Notes: generated by a model not told the origin, from the letters alone. A stretch of DNA of 37,939 nucleotides from an uncultured Actinomycetes bacterium (GCA_903824535.1 CAIJWX010000100.1:1-37939); one strand, 5' to 3'; positions 1 to 11,719 are shown, counted from the first letter of the stretch. Numbers and translations: made by a program.

Positions 1-2
1 AT

Positions 3-3000
3 GAAGTCGCACTCTGGCCGGGTTGGGACACGCACCCTCTAGAGCGCGTCAGCCCAGACAGCTCCGTTATGGCCATGCGGTCACTTCTTAGATGGAGGCT
101 GCAAAGTAATGACCGGCCACGGATCCTCGTTGCGTCAGCTCGTTCTGTTGCGCAGCTACTTCCACCTGAAGAACTTGTTTCTCCAATAAATGTTTCGCGC
201 GGAGAGACTCTTGATCGTGACAGTTTTATTTTGTCGCTGTCAGTAATGGGTTACAGACGAGAGAATTTGGTCGAACACCGTGCAGAGTTCGCGGTTCGTG
301 GAGGGATTGTTGACGTCTGGCCAGCGCAGGGCAATGACCCAATTCGTCTTGACTTCTTTGGAGACGAGATTGAGCGTCTCACTGCATTCGACATTGCGAA
401 TCAGCGCTCAACGCACGATATTGAACAGGCGTACATTGCCCCAGCGAGAGAGTGGATTCCCTCTGAAAAGACCAGAGCTCGCAGTGAAGCATTAATCAAA
501 TCTGCGCCATGGGGCAGAGAAACGTTTGACCGTATTGCAACTGGGCAACTCTTTGATGGCATGGAAGGTTGGATGCCGCTGTTCATTGAATCGAGAAAAA
601 CAATTCTCGATGAACTGACTGATTTCTCGTGTGTCGTTGTTGAGCCAGCTCGCGTTGAAAGTCGACTTGCTGACTTGCTTGATGAAGAACGCGAGCTGAC
701 CAGTGCCGTTGCTCAAACGTGGAAGGCCACTGAAGAGATTGGACTCCTCCATGCAACGTGGGACGAATCACTGGCGACCCGTATTGACACTGCACTTAGC
801 TCTGGCGGGTCAGGTGAGAGCTCAATGGGCCTCATTTCACCTCCAGTTGCTCAAGGTGATGCGGCAAGAATTGCGACCCACGTTAGAAACTGGAGCCAAA
901 AGCGTCGCGGTGTAGTTCTTACATCTAATCCAGCGGCGGTTGAGCGAATGGCTGATCAACTTCGTGGTGAGGGGATTGAAGTCACCACGGATCCAGAAAA
1001 GGTTTTGGATGTTCGCATAACAGTTTTGATGAGCACACTTCCAGCTGGATTCAGTATTGATGATCCAGAAATTGTTGTGTGGAGTGAAAGTGACCTCACT
1101 GGTCGCCGCTCCGTGCACCGAGCCGCGCGAACTCGTGCACGTAACGTTGATGGTTTTTTTGATGATCTCGCAATTGGTAGCTACGTCGTGCACCGCATGC
1201 ACGGAGTGGCAAAGTTTTCTGGAACCACGACACGAGCAATCAATGGTGTTATTCGTGATTACTTAATCCTTGAATTTAAAGATGGCCGTAGCTACTGGCC
1301 CACCGAACAAATTGATGCGCTCACTCCATACACCGGTGGCGACGGGCCTTCCTTGTCGCGCATGGGTGGAGCTGAGTGGCAAAAGACTCGCGCCAAAGCT
1401 CGCGCAGCAGCGTTCTTGGTGGCACAAGAGCTCGTTGATCTCTACCGTCAGAGAAATATTGCGGTAGGACACGCCTTCAGCCCTGACACCACGTGGCAGC
1501 AAGAAATGGAAGAGCTGTTTCCATACACGCTCACGGCGGATCAGGCGCAAGCAATTAATGACGTCAAGGCGGACATGGAAATGCTCCGTCCTATGGACCG
1601 ACTCGTATGCGCGGACGTAGGTTTTGGAAAAACAGAAATTGCCATCAGAGCTGTCTTCAAAGCGGTGCAGGACAATAAGCAAGCTGCGATTCTGGTTCCA
1701 ACCACTCTTCTCGCCAGTCAACACTTCGCAACTATGGTCGACCGCTTCGCTGGCTTCCCAGTCAAGGTTGCGCTCATGAGCCGATTTGTTGATGATGCCG
1801 AGATGAAGGCAACCACACAAGGTCTCAAAGAAGGAACGATTGATGTTGTTGTAGGAACACACCGGCTTCTCTCTGAAAATGTGCAGTTCAAGGATCTGGG
1901 ACTACTTGTTGTTGATGAAGAACAACGTTTCGGTGTCACGCACAAAGAAGCGATTAAGACTCGCTCAGTAAATGTTGATGTTCTCACGCTTAGCGCGAGC
2001 CCAATTCCACGAACACTCGAAATGGCATTTGCAGGAATTAGAGACTTATCAATGGTGACAACGCCGCCAGCTGACCGTAGGCCAATCCTTACCCACGTAG
2101 GCGAATATTCCGAACCTGCGGTTGTTGAAGCAATTCGTAGAGAACTACTTCGCGAAGGCCAGGTCTTCTTTGTTCATAACCGAGTTTCAGATATTGATGA
2201 AGTAGCAAGACGCATTGGACAGCTGGTCCCTGACGCACGAATTGCAGTGGCGCACGGACAAATGGATGAAGGAACGCTCGAGCGCGTGATGCTTGACTTC
2301 TGGCAGCGAGAATTCGACGTTCTCGTTTGCACAACAATTGTTGAATCAGGTATTGACCTTCCGTCAGTGAACACATTGATTGTTGACCGCGCAGAACGGC
2401 TCGGTCTAGGTCAAATGCACCAACTTCGCGGTCGTGTTGGAAGAAGCGGACAGCGTGCGTACGCATACCTCTTTCACCCAGCCGACAAAGTGCTTTCAGA
2501 AACTGCGTACGAACGACTTCGCACCATTGGTGACAACACCGCACTCGGAAGTGGATTCAAAATTGCAATGCGCGACCTAGAGATACGAGGCGCAGGAAAC
2601 CTGCTCGGTCACGATCAGTCGGGCCCAGTAGCTGCAGTTGGCTACGACCTGTACGTACAGCTTGTTGCAGAAGCAGTTGCCGACGCAAAGGGCTTCACTG
2701 TCCCCGACGTTGTTCCAATCAATTTGGATGTTCCAGGTGAAGCGCATCTTCCTAAGGAGTACGTCGAAGCAGATGATGCTCGTCTAGAGGCGTACCGACG
2801 TCTTGCAACAATTACTTCACTCGAAGAGATCAGAGACCTGCGAGATGAATGGACAGACCGCTATGGTGCGCTTCCAAAACCAGCCGTTGGCCTACTTGAG
2901 CTAAGTGAACTGCGTCTGCTCTGTATTGAACTTGGGGTCACGAACGTTTCGGTTCTTCCAGCGAAGGTGGGAATTCGCTCAAAGCCAGTGATAAAAATTA

Positions 3001-3173
3001 CCCCGCTGGTGATGACTCTCAGCCAACAAATGAGGTTTCGACGAAAGTATGGATCTAATGCTTACTCAGAAGATTCCAAGGAACTGCGCCTAGAAGTAAC
3101 GGTGAATGGGGCAACTCCGGCCGATATTTTGCAACTGTTGCAAGAAATAACTGAGGTTTCTGGCGCCAACTAA
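3..3173 (+). CDS. mfd: Transcription-repair coupling factor Mfd (5' truncated by window edge)
   Basis: Frame is open from position 3 (EVALWPGWDTHPLERVSP, the Mfd N-terminal motif). Also shows the UvrB-like GGIVDVWP segment, CarD-like RID (VVHRMHG), helicase motifs ADVGFGKT, DEEQRFG, SASPIPRT and QLRGRVGR, TRG motif DLEIRGAGNLLG, and the C-terminal TRCF domain. Confidence 0.98.
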   Translation, partial: EVALWPGWDTHPLERVSPDSSVMAMRSLLRWRLQSNDRPRILVASARSVAQLLPPEELVSPINVSRGETLDRDSFILSLSVMGYRRENLVEHRAEFAVRGGIVDVWPAQGNDPIRLDFFGDEIERLTAFDIANQRSTHDIEQAYIAPAREWIPSEKTRARSEALIKSAPWGRETFDRIATGQLFDGMEGWMPLFIESRKTILDELTDFSCVVVEPARVESRLADLLDEERELTSAVAQTWKATEEIGLLHATWDESLATRIDTALSSGGSGESSMGLISPPVAQGDAARIATHVRNWSQKRRGVVLTSNPAAVERMADQLRGEGIEVTTDPEKVLDVRITVLMSTLPAGFSIDDPEIVVWSESDLTGRRSVHRAARTRARNVDGFFDDLAIGSYVVHRMHGVAKFSGTTTRAINGVIRDYLILEFKDGRSYWPTEQIDALTPYTGGDGPSLSRMGGAEWQKTRAKARAAAFLVAQELVDLYRQRNIAVGHAFSPDTTWQQEMEELFPYTLTADQAQAINDVKADMEMLRPMDRLVCADVGFGKTEIAIRAVFKAVQDNKQAAILVPTTLLASQHFATMVDRFAGFPVKVALMSRFVDDAEMKATTQGLKEGTIDVVVGTHRLLSENVQFKDLGLLVVDEEQRFGVTHKEAIKTRSVNVDVLTLSASPIPRTLEMAFAGIRDLSMVTTPPADRRPILTHVGEYSEPAVVEAIRRELLREGQVFFVHNRVSDIDEVARRIGQLVPDARIAVAHGQMDEGTLERVMLDFWQREFDVLVCTTIVESGIDLPSVNTLIVDRAERLGLGQMHQLRGRVGRSGQRAYAYLFHPADKVLSETAYERLRTIGDNTALGSGFKIAMRDLEIRGAGNLLGHDQSGPVAAVGYDLYVQLVAEAVADAKGFTVPDVVPINLDVPGEAHLPKEYVEADDARLEAYRRLATITSLEEIRDLRDEWTDRYGALPKPAVGLLELSELRLLCIELGVTNVSVLPAKVGIRSKPVIKITPLVMTLSQQMRFRRKYGSNAYSEDSKELRLEVTVNGATPADILQLLQEITEVSGAN

Positions 3174-3177
3174 TCGG

Positions 3178-3183
3178 TAGCAT
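3178..3183 (+). promoter_or_regulatory. -10 hexamer TAGCAT, leaderless-type promoter
   Basis: TAnnnT located 6 nt before GTG 3190; no SD sequence in between. Confidence 0.55.
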
Positions 3184-3189
3184 GTCTCT

Positions 3190-4278
3190 GTGCGTCGAAT
3201 AACTTTCTTTTTCATAATTGCCCTTGTCGGTGCTGGAATTTTTGGCATCAGTAACTTCTCTTCAGGTGTTTCAGCCAACGGGACAAAAGTTTCCTCCAAT
3301 GAATTTCGTGCAGAGCTAGCTGCAATTACGAATAATCCAAATTTGCAGTGCTACATGTCAGCACTCGCAACTCAAAACTTTGGAGCTGGTGCTGGAAGTG
3401 CAACCGTGCCTGGTGCAGCAGCAGGAACATGGGCGAATCTTTTGGTTGAGGGCATAGCTATTGACCAATACGTAACGTCACATTTCCATGTCAACTTTTC
3501 CTCAACACAACAAAAGCAGCTCGCCACTTCTTCGCTCGAAGGCGAACTGACCCAAGCAGCCGCTAGGAATTCACTTTCTTGTCCGGGAGCTTCAGCTGAT
3601 GCACTCGCTGCAATGCCAGCAAAGATGCGAACAACATTGGTTGAGGACCAAGCCGCATCGTTGTATTTGTTAGGGAAGCTCAACACCACCATTCCAATGA
3701 CCGTTGCGAACATTAAGGCGTATTACGCGCAGCACATTGCTGACTACGACACTATTTGTGTGAGCGTTGCAGTAGTTTCCCCAAATCAAATTCCTTCATT
3801 CAGTGCAGCTCAGGCAAGCGGAATGTCGATTGCTGAACTTGCTAAAAAGTTTTCTGTTGATAAGTCAGCTGCAAGTGGTGGTGCCTATGGATGCTTTGCG
3901 CCATCTTCGTCAAATTATTCGTCCGTGCGAACTAGCACTGTGAATCTCGCATTAAATAAATTCTCAGCGCCACAAGGTATTTCGTATGGTGGACAAACCT
4001 TAGCGCTGTATGTTGCAGCAACTAAGAGAACAGTTACTCCATTTGATCAAGCTGCAAATGCAGTAGTAACTGATGTTCAAAATGTCAATGCAACATCTGC
4101 TTCAACCGTTAAAGAAAATATTCTTTATGCCGCGGCGGTTTCAGTTGATCCTGCATTTGGAAGATGGGGGCTAAGCCAGTCTGCTGGCCCAGGCGTCTTT
4201 GCGCCAGCATTGCCTGAAACAACCTCCGTAGTTTCACCATCAACGCTTAGCGCTGCGAACACGTTGAAGTATCAGTGA
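3190..4278 (+). CDS. Secreted/membrane-anchored PrsA/SurA-like foldase with degenerate parvulin domain
   Basis: N-terminal hydrophobic signal anchor and helical SurA-like region. AELAKKFSVDKSAASGGAYGCF matches the parvulin FxxLAKxYSxD.SA..GG.LG.F motif. Lies between mfd and mazG. Confidence 0.7.
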   Translation: MRRITFFFIIALVGAGIFGISNFSSGVSANGTKVSSNEFRAELAAITNNPNLQCYMSALATQNFGAGAGSATVPGAAAGTWANLLVEGIAIDQYVTSHFHVNFSSTQQKQLATSSLEGELTQAAARNSLSCPGASADALAAMPAKMRTTLVEDQAASLYLLGKLNTTIPMTVANIKAYYAQHIADYDTICVSVAVVSPNQIPSFSAAQASGMSIAELAKKFSVDKSAASGGAYGCFAPSSSNYSSVRTSTVNLALNKFSAPQGISYGGQTLALYVAATKRTVTPFDQAANAVVTDVQNVNATSASTVKENILYAAAVSVDPAFGRWGLSQSAGPGVFAPALPETTSVVSPSTLSAANTLKYQ

Positions 4279-5666
4279 GCAGACCTGTAGTTCGAGTTGT
4301 AGGACTCGGTCCAAGTGACGCTCAACACCTGACAGCGCATACGACCGAGCTTCTTACTTCTTCACCCGTTGTTCGACTACGAACTCGAATTCACCCAGCC
4401 GCCGAAGGCTTTAGAGAAATTCCTAGCTACGACGAGTACTACGAAACAGCAGACTCATTTGAAATTCTCTACCCGAAAATTGTTGATGATCTAGTACAAC
4501 TCGCTGCATCATCACCAAACAATGAAGTTGTGTACGCAGTTCCCGGTTCACCAATGGTTGCAGAACATACTGTTGAACTGCTTCGACTTCGTGGTGATGT
4601 GGAAGTTATTTGTGAGCCAGCAATCTCAGTTATTGATGTTGCGTGTGCACGACTTGGCAAGGATCCAATGTCACTTGGGCTTCGCGTAGTTGACGCACTT
4701 GGCTCAGTGGATCCCTTTAGAGGACCTGGCCCTCTGCTGATTCTGCAAACCTACGCTCCAGAAATCCTCGCCAGCGTGGCCGACAGATTGCCGCCGCAGA
4801 CAGTAGTGACCGTGCTGCACCATATTGGACTGAGTGATGAAGTCATTAAAGAACTTCGCGCAAATGAGCTCGTTAGTTTTGATAGTGCTGATCACCTCAC
4901 GTCACTTTGGGTTGAAGGGCTGCGCACCGCAGGAGAGTCAATGGATGATCTTGTTGACTTTATGAGACGCCTACGTGCCGAGTGCCCATGGGACCAAGAG
5001 CAAACTCATGCATCACTGACTCGTCACCTCTTAGAAGAGGCGTACGAGACTCTTGACGCCCTTGAAGCCTTTGTTCGTGTGGAATCTGATGGCGGCGACG
5101 AAGCGAGCGCCATTGCGCACGTTGAAGAAGAGCTCGGCGATTTGTTGTTTCAGATTGTCTTTCACGCCGAACTTGGCGACGAAGAAGGGCACTTTAACTT
5201 CGCAACAATTGCTGACGGTGTGAGAGACAAACTCACCGGTCGCCACCCTCATGTCTTTGGTGACGTGAAGGTCAGCGGGTCTGATGAAGTTGCATCACGC
5301 TGGGAAGATTTAAAAAAGATTGAAAAGGGCAGACAGAGCGTCACAGACGGCATTGCTTGGCAGCTTCCAGCACTCACACTTTACGCAAAGCTTCTTCGAA
5401 AGGCTCAACAAGTAGACCTTGCATCTGAATCAGGCGAAAGTGCACGACGTGCTGCTGTGGGCGCTCTGGAGTCACTGGAATTCGCAGCAAGTGGTGCGAG
5501 TGACTCACAGTCAACATCCGATACTGAAAAAGCATGGGGTGATGCCCTGAGCGCCATTGCAATTTGTGCGCAGTGGTCGGGGGTTGATCTTGAAGGGGTG
5601 CTTCGCGAAAGAGCGCTTCTTCTACGTGGCCAAATCCAAGCCAGCGAATCCTCGACGCCAAAGTAA
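4275..5666 (+). CDS. mazG: YabN-type fusion: tetrapyrrole-methylase-like domain + MazG nucleoside triphosphate pyrophosphohydrolase
   Basis: N-terminal VVGLGP, LRTRIHP and YAVPGSPMVAE motifs; MazG motifs CPWDQEQTH, LLEEAYE, EELGDLLFQIVFH and RHPHVF; GTGA overlap with the upstream gene. Confidence 0.93.
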   Translation: MSRPVVRVVGLGPSDAQHLTAHTTELLTSSPVVRLRTRIHPAAEGFREIPSYDEYYETADSFEILYPKIVDDLVQLAASSPNNEVVYAVPGSPMVAEHTVELLRLRGDVEVICEPAISVIDVACARLGKDPMSLGLRVVDALGSVDPFRGPGPLLILQTYAPEILASVADRLPPQTVVTVLHHIGLSDEVIKELRANELVSFDSADHLTSLWVEGLRTAGESMDDLVDFMRRLRAECPWDQEQTHASLTRHLLEEAYETLDALEAFVRVESDGGDEASAIAHVEEELGDLLFQIVFHAELGDEEGHFNFATIADGVRDKLTGRHPHVFGDVKVSGSDEVASRWEDLKKIEKGRQSVTDGIAWQLPALTLYAKLLRKAQQVDLASESGESARRAAVGALESLEFAASGASDSQSTSDTEKAWGDALSAIAICAQWSGVDLEGVLRERALLLRGQIQASESSTPK

Positions 5667-5680
5667 TTCACTGCGTCTTA

Positions 5681-7446
<1,766 letters not shown>

Positions 7447-7450
<4 letters not shown>

Positions 7451-7932
7451 GCACATTTCGTGATGCTTCACCTCAAGATGTTCTCCAAGTAGAAGAACTC
7501 CTTGGCCGCACACTCTCTGGGAGATGTGCGGTAGTTGTTAGGCGTCTTGATGGCAGCCCAGTCGTTATTGAAAATGAGCCTCATATGAGAGACGGCACAC
7601 CTATGCCGACACTTTTTTGGTTGATAGATCCTGAACTTCATGATGAAGTGAGCCGTATCGAAGGTAGTGGTGGGGTGCACAGATTTGAAGACCTTGTTGA
7701 TCCTGAGCGGCTGATTCGAACTCACGCAACGTATGAACAGCGACGCAAAGAAGCCACAGTTAAAAGTGATGGAGCACAGCCATCTGGTGGGGTAGGCGGC
7801 ACTCGAATTGGCATCAAGTGTCTGCACGCTCACCTCGCTAACTTTCTGATTGGTGCGGATGACCCCGTTGGAGAGCTAGTAGCCGAAACGATTGGTCTTC
7901 CAGAATTAGTACTGCAAAACGTTCGTGACTGA
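7447..7932 (+). CDS. DUF501 family protein (Rv1025-like)
   Basis: DGTPMPTLFWL, SGGVGG and KCLHAHLA motifs; eno-ftsB-DUF501-ppx synteny. Start is TTG 7447 (overlapping the ftsB stop) or TTG 7441. Confidence 0.92.
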
Positions 7933-8848
7933 AGTTGTTTGCGCAATTGATTGTGGGAGTAATTCCACACGGTTACTAGTAAGTGACGCAAGCGGCGCAA
8001 CGCTCGCTCGTGAAATGAGAATTACGCGTCTAAGTCAAGGTGTCGATGCCAACAAAACTCTTCAGAGTGATGCGCTGCATCGTAGTTTTGATGTCCTTAG
8101 TGAGTACCGAAGAATTATGGATTCGTTCAATGTTGACTCAGGTCTGCTGGTTGCAACTTCTGCAGTACGAGACGCCAGTAATGGTGGCGAGTTCATTTCA
8201 CGAGCACAAGAAATAACTGGCGTACTAGCTCGCATTCTTTCTGGGAACGAAGAAGCTCAGTACTCATTTAACGGCGCCACAGCAGGGTTCTCTTCAAACT
8301 CGCTACCAGTCGCGATTCTTGATATTGGTGGTGGCTCAACAGAGCTCGCCGCGATGATCGATGGAAATCTTGAGAGCTTTTCTATGCAGCTTGGCTGTGT
8401 TCGTGTAACTGAGCGAGCGCTAGGACGAGACATTGTGAGCGAGAAGAATGAAATTGCTGCGATGAACATGATTGAAGGTGAAATCGAGAGAGCCTTCCAG
8501 ATAGTTCCGAGCTTCGAGAAGCTCGTTGGCAACGTTCAACTTTTGGGACTTGCGGGCACAGTTGCTACTTTGGCGCAACTTGATACTGGCCTTGCTGTCT
8601 ACGATAGAAGTGCGGTGCACCTTCGTGAGCTCAGTCGAGCAGTGGTAGCAAAATGGTACGAAGTCCTAAAAACCCGTACTCCAGAGCAGCGCCTAGAGCT
8701 TGCTGGCATGGTCCCAGGTCGTGAAGACGTTATGGCATCTGGGCTATTAATTCTTGGTGCGGTTATGGACCGACTTGGGATTAATCAGTTGGTTAGTAGT
8801 GAAAATGACATTCTCGACGGGGTAGTTGCTTCACTAATTGGTAGGTAA
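7925..8848 (+). CDS. ppx: Ppx/GppA family exopolyphosphatase
   Basis: AIDCGSNSTRL, ATSAVRDASN, LSGNEEA, DIGGGSTE and GREDV motifs. Confidence 0.95.
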   Translation: MTEVVCAIDCGSNSTRLLVSDASGATLAREMRITRLSQGVDANKTLQSDALHRSFDVLSEYRRIMDSFNVDSGLLVATSAVRDASNGGEFISRAQEITGVLARILSGNEEAQYSFNGATAGFSSNSLPVAILDIGGGSTELAAMIDGNLESFSMQLGCVRVTERALGRDIVSEKNEIAAMNMIEGEIERAFQIVPSFEKLVGNVQLLGLAGTVATLAQLDTGLAVYDRSAVHLRELSRAVVAKWYEVLKTRTPEQRLELAGMVPGREDVMASGLLILGAVMDRLGINQLVSSENDILDGVVASLIGR

Positions 8849-8898
8849 CGTGCGCTGGGCTCAGATACCTGTAACGATAGAGAGATGAGGAATGCAGC

Positions 8899-9525
8899 AT
8901 GGTAACCACACGTAGTGCCATCTTCTCTCCAATATCGCTCCACGGAAAACGTGTGGTGCTTCGTACGTTGGGTGAGGTTGACTACGAAGGCTGGCTCGAC
9001 GTTCGAACACGCTGTCGCGACTGGTTGCTTAAGTGGGAACCGCGCTCTGCTCACGCAACTCATTTACCAGAGGACAGTCGAAGTTTCGTAAGTCGATGTG
9101 CAATTCGTGAACGTGAACGTCAGATGGGCACGGGGTTCGGATTTGGAATTTTCTTCGAAGGACGTTTCGTTGGAGAAATAACTATTTCTTCCATCCAACG
9201 TGGACCACTGCAGTCGGCATTTGTTGGTTACTGGATTGATGAAGCAGTGGCTGGGCAGGGGCTTATGCCCGAATCAGTTGTTCTCATATTGCAATATGCA
9301 TTTGAGTCCCTTCGACTTCACCGAGTCGAAATAAATATCATTCCTAGAAACGCACCATCGCGTCGTGTAATTGAAAAATTAGGTATTCGATTTGAGGGGA
9401 TCGCCGAGCGATACCTAGAAATCGATGGTGCATGGGAAGACCACGCACGGTACGCCATTACTTCTGAAGAGTGGGGCGACCGCGCACCAGAGCTCGTGGC
9501 GAACTGGTTGCTCAGCAGCAACTAA
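8899..9525 (+). CDS. rimJ: RimJ/RimL-family GNAT N-acetyltransferase
   Basis: WEP, GYWIDEAVAGQGLMPE, LHRVEINIIPRNAPSRRVIEKLG and YLEIDGAWEDH motifs. Confidence 0.85.
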   Translation: MVTTRSAIFSPISLHGKRVVLRTLGEVDYEGWLDVRTRCRDWLLKWEPRSAHATHLPEDSRSFVSRCAIRERERQMGTGFGFGIFFEGRFVGEITISSIQRGPLQSAFVGYWIDEAVAGQGLMPESVVLILQYAFESLRLHRVEINIIPRNAPSRRVIEKLGIRFEGIAERYLEIDGAWEDHARYAITSEEWGDRAPELVANWLLSSN

Positions 9526-10454
9526 ACAGCTTCGTAGGTTCTGTTCTTGAGTTCGAACAGTTCCGCAATACGCAAGGATCCATTTAGAGTTGCGGCGATT
9601 CCAAGACCACCCAATGCTCCATCTCGAGGCAGCACTACAAGTGTGTTTGATTCTCCTCGTGCGAGCGCAAGTCCCTGCACTCGTGCCTTGCGAGCTGCAG
9701 TAGCTACATCTTCAAGTGCAATATCAGTCGATAGCTCAACTACTGGGAGTTCGTATTTAGTCTTTGATAGATGACGAAGGTCATGGAGCATCTTTCTTGA
9801 GTCGCTACCAACTTTTACTGAAGAGCCTCGGACGTCATCCCACGTCACGTCCATAGGCTCAACATTTATTTCGAGCAGTCGGGCAAGGTAGAAAATTTCG
9901 GCGTCATATGCGAATCCGTTCACCATTCCAAGCGAGCCAAGCACTCGAGCTGCTCCTCGCTGGAACCCCTTAAAACCACACTGAGTATCTCGTAGAGATG
10001 TACCGGTGTAGTGCTTCACCATTTTGCTAAATGTTGATCCTGCGACTGATCTCAGTGTGGAGTCGTATTCAATCTTTCCGTTCACCGCACGTGACCCTGG
10101 TACCAAAGCGTGCTTTTGGAGCATGGTGACCATTTCAGTCATATGCACTGGATTTATTGCCATATCTGCATCAGCCACAATGATGCTGTCACCTTGCGCC
10201 ACTGAAATTCCGAGACGAACGGCTGCTCCTTTTCCAAGATTCTTGGGCTGTTGCAGCAGTAACTTTTCTGGCAGTGTCCCGTAGAACTTGTCAGCAATGT
10301 TGAGTGTCGAGTCCGTTGAGCCATCGTCAATGAAGATGACCTCGGTATTTTTAGCTCCGAGCTCTTCAAGAATGGGTGACAAGCGACTAAAACCCCGAGC
10401 GAGTCGTGCTTCTTCGTTGTAGGCAGGAATAATGATTGATGTAGATATTGACAT
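9522..10454 (-). CDS. GT2 polyprenol-phosphate hexose synthase-like glycosyltransferase (Dol-P-Glc/Ppm1 type) with C-terminal extension
   Basis: IIIPAYNEE, IDDGSTD, NLGKGAAV, DAD, GSR, DTQCGFK and FAYDAE motifs. Confidence 0.9.
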   Translation of the reverse strand: MSISTSIIIPAYNEEARLARGFSRLSPILEELGAKNTEVIFIDDGSTDSTLNIADKFYGTLPEKLLLQQPKNLGKGAAVRLGISVAQGDSIIVADADMAINPVHMTEMVTMLQKHALVPGSRAVNGKIEYDSTLRSVAGSTFSKMVKHYTGTSLRDTQCGFKGFQRGAARVLGSLGMVNGFAYDAEIFYLARLLEINVEPMDVTWDDVRGSSVKVGSDSRKMLHDLRHLSKTKYELPVVELSTDIALEDVATAARKARVQGLALARGESNTLVVLPRDGALGGLGIAATLNGSLRIAELFELKNRTYEAV

Positions 10455-10459
10455 GTTGC

Positions 10460-11629
10460 TTATGGTCGTGCTGCACCAATGAGACCAAATGTGAACAGAG
10501 GCTGATAGCCAATTTTTGTTCCTGATTTGGCTGCAGCGAAAATTGTGCTGGTGCCGTAAGGTCCACTACCGATGTACATAACAACGTGGTCGACTTGGTG
10601 GTCACCATCAAGGTTGTAGTAGTACAGCAAGTCACCAGGTTGCAGTGCACTTAGCGCTACGTGATGAAGAGCTGGCCACTGGGTCTGCGTAGTTCGAGGA
10701 ATTTGGAATCCTGCTTGACCCCAAGCCCACTGAACAAGACTCGAACAGTCAAAACCTTTGCCTGGCGTTGCTCCACCCCAGATGTATGGAAGGCCAATTT
10801 GCGATAATGCTGCAGCAACTGCAGCAGCTCCCTCTTTGGTTCCCGCAATTTGAGAAACAGTAGGTGGAACTGCTTTTGCAATTGCCGTAAGAACTGCGTT
10901 ACCAGCGGCGATGCCACCAACTGACTGAGCTACGGCAACAGCTTGCTGCTGACCAGCGTAATTGTGGGCCTTTGCCGCAGCAATTCCTTGAAGAATTTCG
11001 TAGTTAATAATCTGAGTTTTAAATGCGCCCTTAATACCATTAAGAATTGCGCGCGTTGCATTTTCGTTCGCGATGTTTTGTTGCATCAATGCTTTCATTC
11101 TGGTTGTTTGTTCTTGCGCAGCGGCCTCTTGAATCGTCACTTGCTTGATTGCACTGTTGAGTGCTTTTTTCTGAGATTCGTAGGTTGATTTAATTTGGTC
11201 AAGGTTGCCAATCACTTGATCTTGAAAAACTTTTCTGGCATCGCTTGTCGTGACGTCTTGATTGAACAGTGACATAATTTGTGCAGTAGCCGCTCCATAA
11301 ACGTACGCATTCACAATTGCGCTCGCCATTGCGTGTTCAGTGACAATGATTGCTGCTTTCTTTTGAGCAACTTGTTTATTGAGACTGGCTATATTCCACT
11401 TAATTTGCTGTAGCTTTTCTTGCGCTCCACCGTACGCATTCGCTGAAGACTCACTGATTTGTGATTGACGTGAGAGTGTCGCCGAAAGAGCTTTGATCTG
11501 TGAGATCGCGTCGGTAATGGTTCCTGCTTGGGCTGAGCTCAGGGGTGCCAGAACCGTGACCAGCATTGTGCCAGCCAGTACTAGAACGGGGATTGACCGA
11601 ATCGTGCCCCAACGATGCACGCGAATCAT
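10460..11629 (-). CDS. Secreted coiled-coil NlpC/P60 peptidoglycan endopeptidase (RipA/CwlO-like)
   Basis: Signal peptide ending AQA, long coiled coil, C-terminal GLPYIWGG..FDCSSLVQWAW..IPRT..PGDLL..HVVMYIG. Confidence 0.92.
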   Translation of the reverse strand: MIRVHRWGTIRSIPVLVLAGTMLVTVLAPLSSAQAGTITDAISQIKALSATLSRQSQISESSANAYGGAQEKLQQIKWNIASLNKQVAQKKAAIIVTEHAMASAIVNAYVYGAATAQIMSLFNQDVTTSDARKVFQDQVIGNLDQIKSTYESQKKALNSAIKQVTIQEAAAQEQTTRMKALMQQNIANENATRAILNGIKGAFKTQIINYEILQGIAAAKAHNYAGQQQAVAVAQSVGGIAAGNAVLTAIAKAVPPTVSQIAGTKEGAAAVAAALSQIGLPYIWGGATPGKGFDCSSLVQWAWGQAGFQIPRTTQTQWPALHHVALSALQPGDLLYYYNLDGDHQVDHVVMYIGSGPYGTSTIFAAAKSGTKIGYQPLFTFGLIGAARP

Positions 11630-11635
11630 GAAAAC

Positions 11636-11641
11636 AGCCTA
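11636..11641 (-). promoter_or_regulatory. -10 hexamer TAGGCT, leaderless-type promoter of the NlpC/P60 gene
   Basis: TAGGCT located 6 nt before ATG 11629 on the minus strand; no SD. Confidence 0.55.
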
Positions 11642-11719
11642 GTTAGTGAATCTAAGAAAATAGCGAGTTTTGGATGGGGTTTCGCTATGAGTTACGGTTA
11701 CAGCGCACCAATATTGCGT

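Noticed and set aside
1263-1862. 199-aa ORF antisense to mfd, and the many other short nested ORFs in the track
   Set aside because: They lie wholly inside well-supported genes, with no motifs or translation signals.
11630-11719. Possible c-di-AMP (ydaO) riboswitch upstream of the NlpC/P60 gene; ATAGCGA/TCGCTAT inverted repeat at 11660-11688
   Set aside because: Only 90 bp, no ydaO consensus, and the gene looks leaderless. The short repeat alone is too weak to call.
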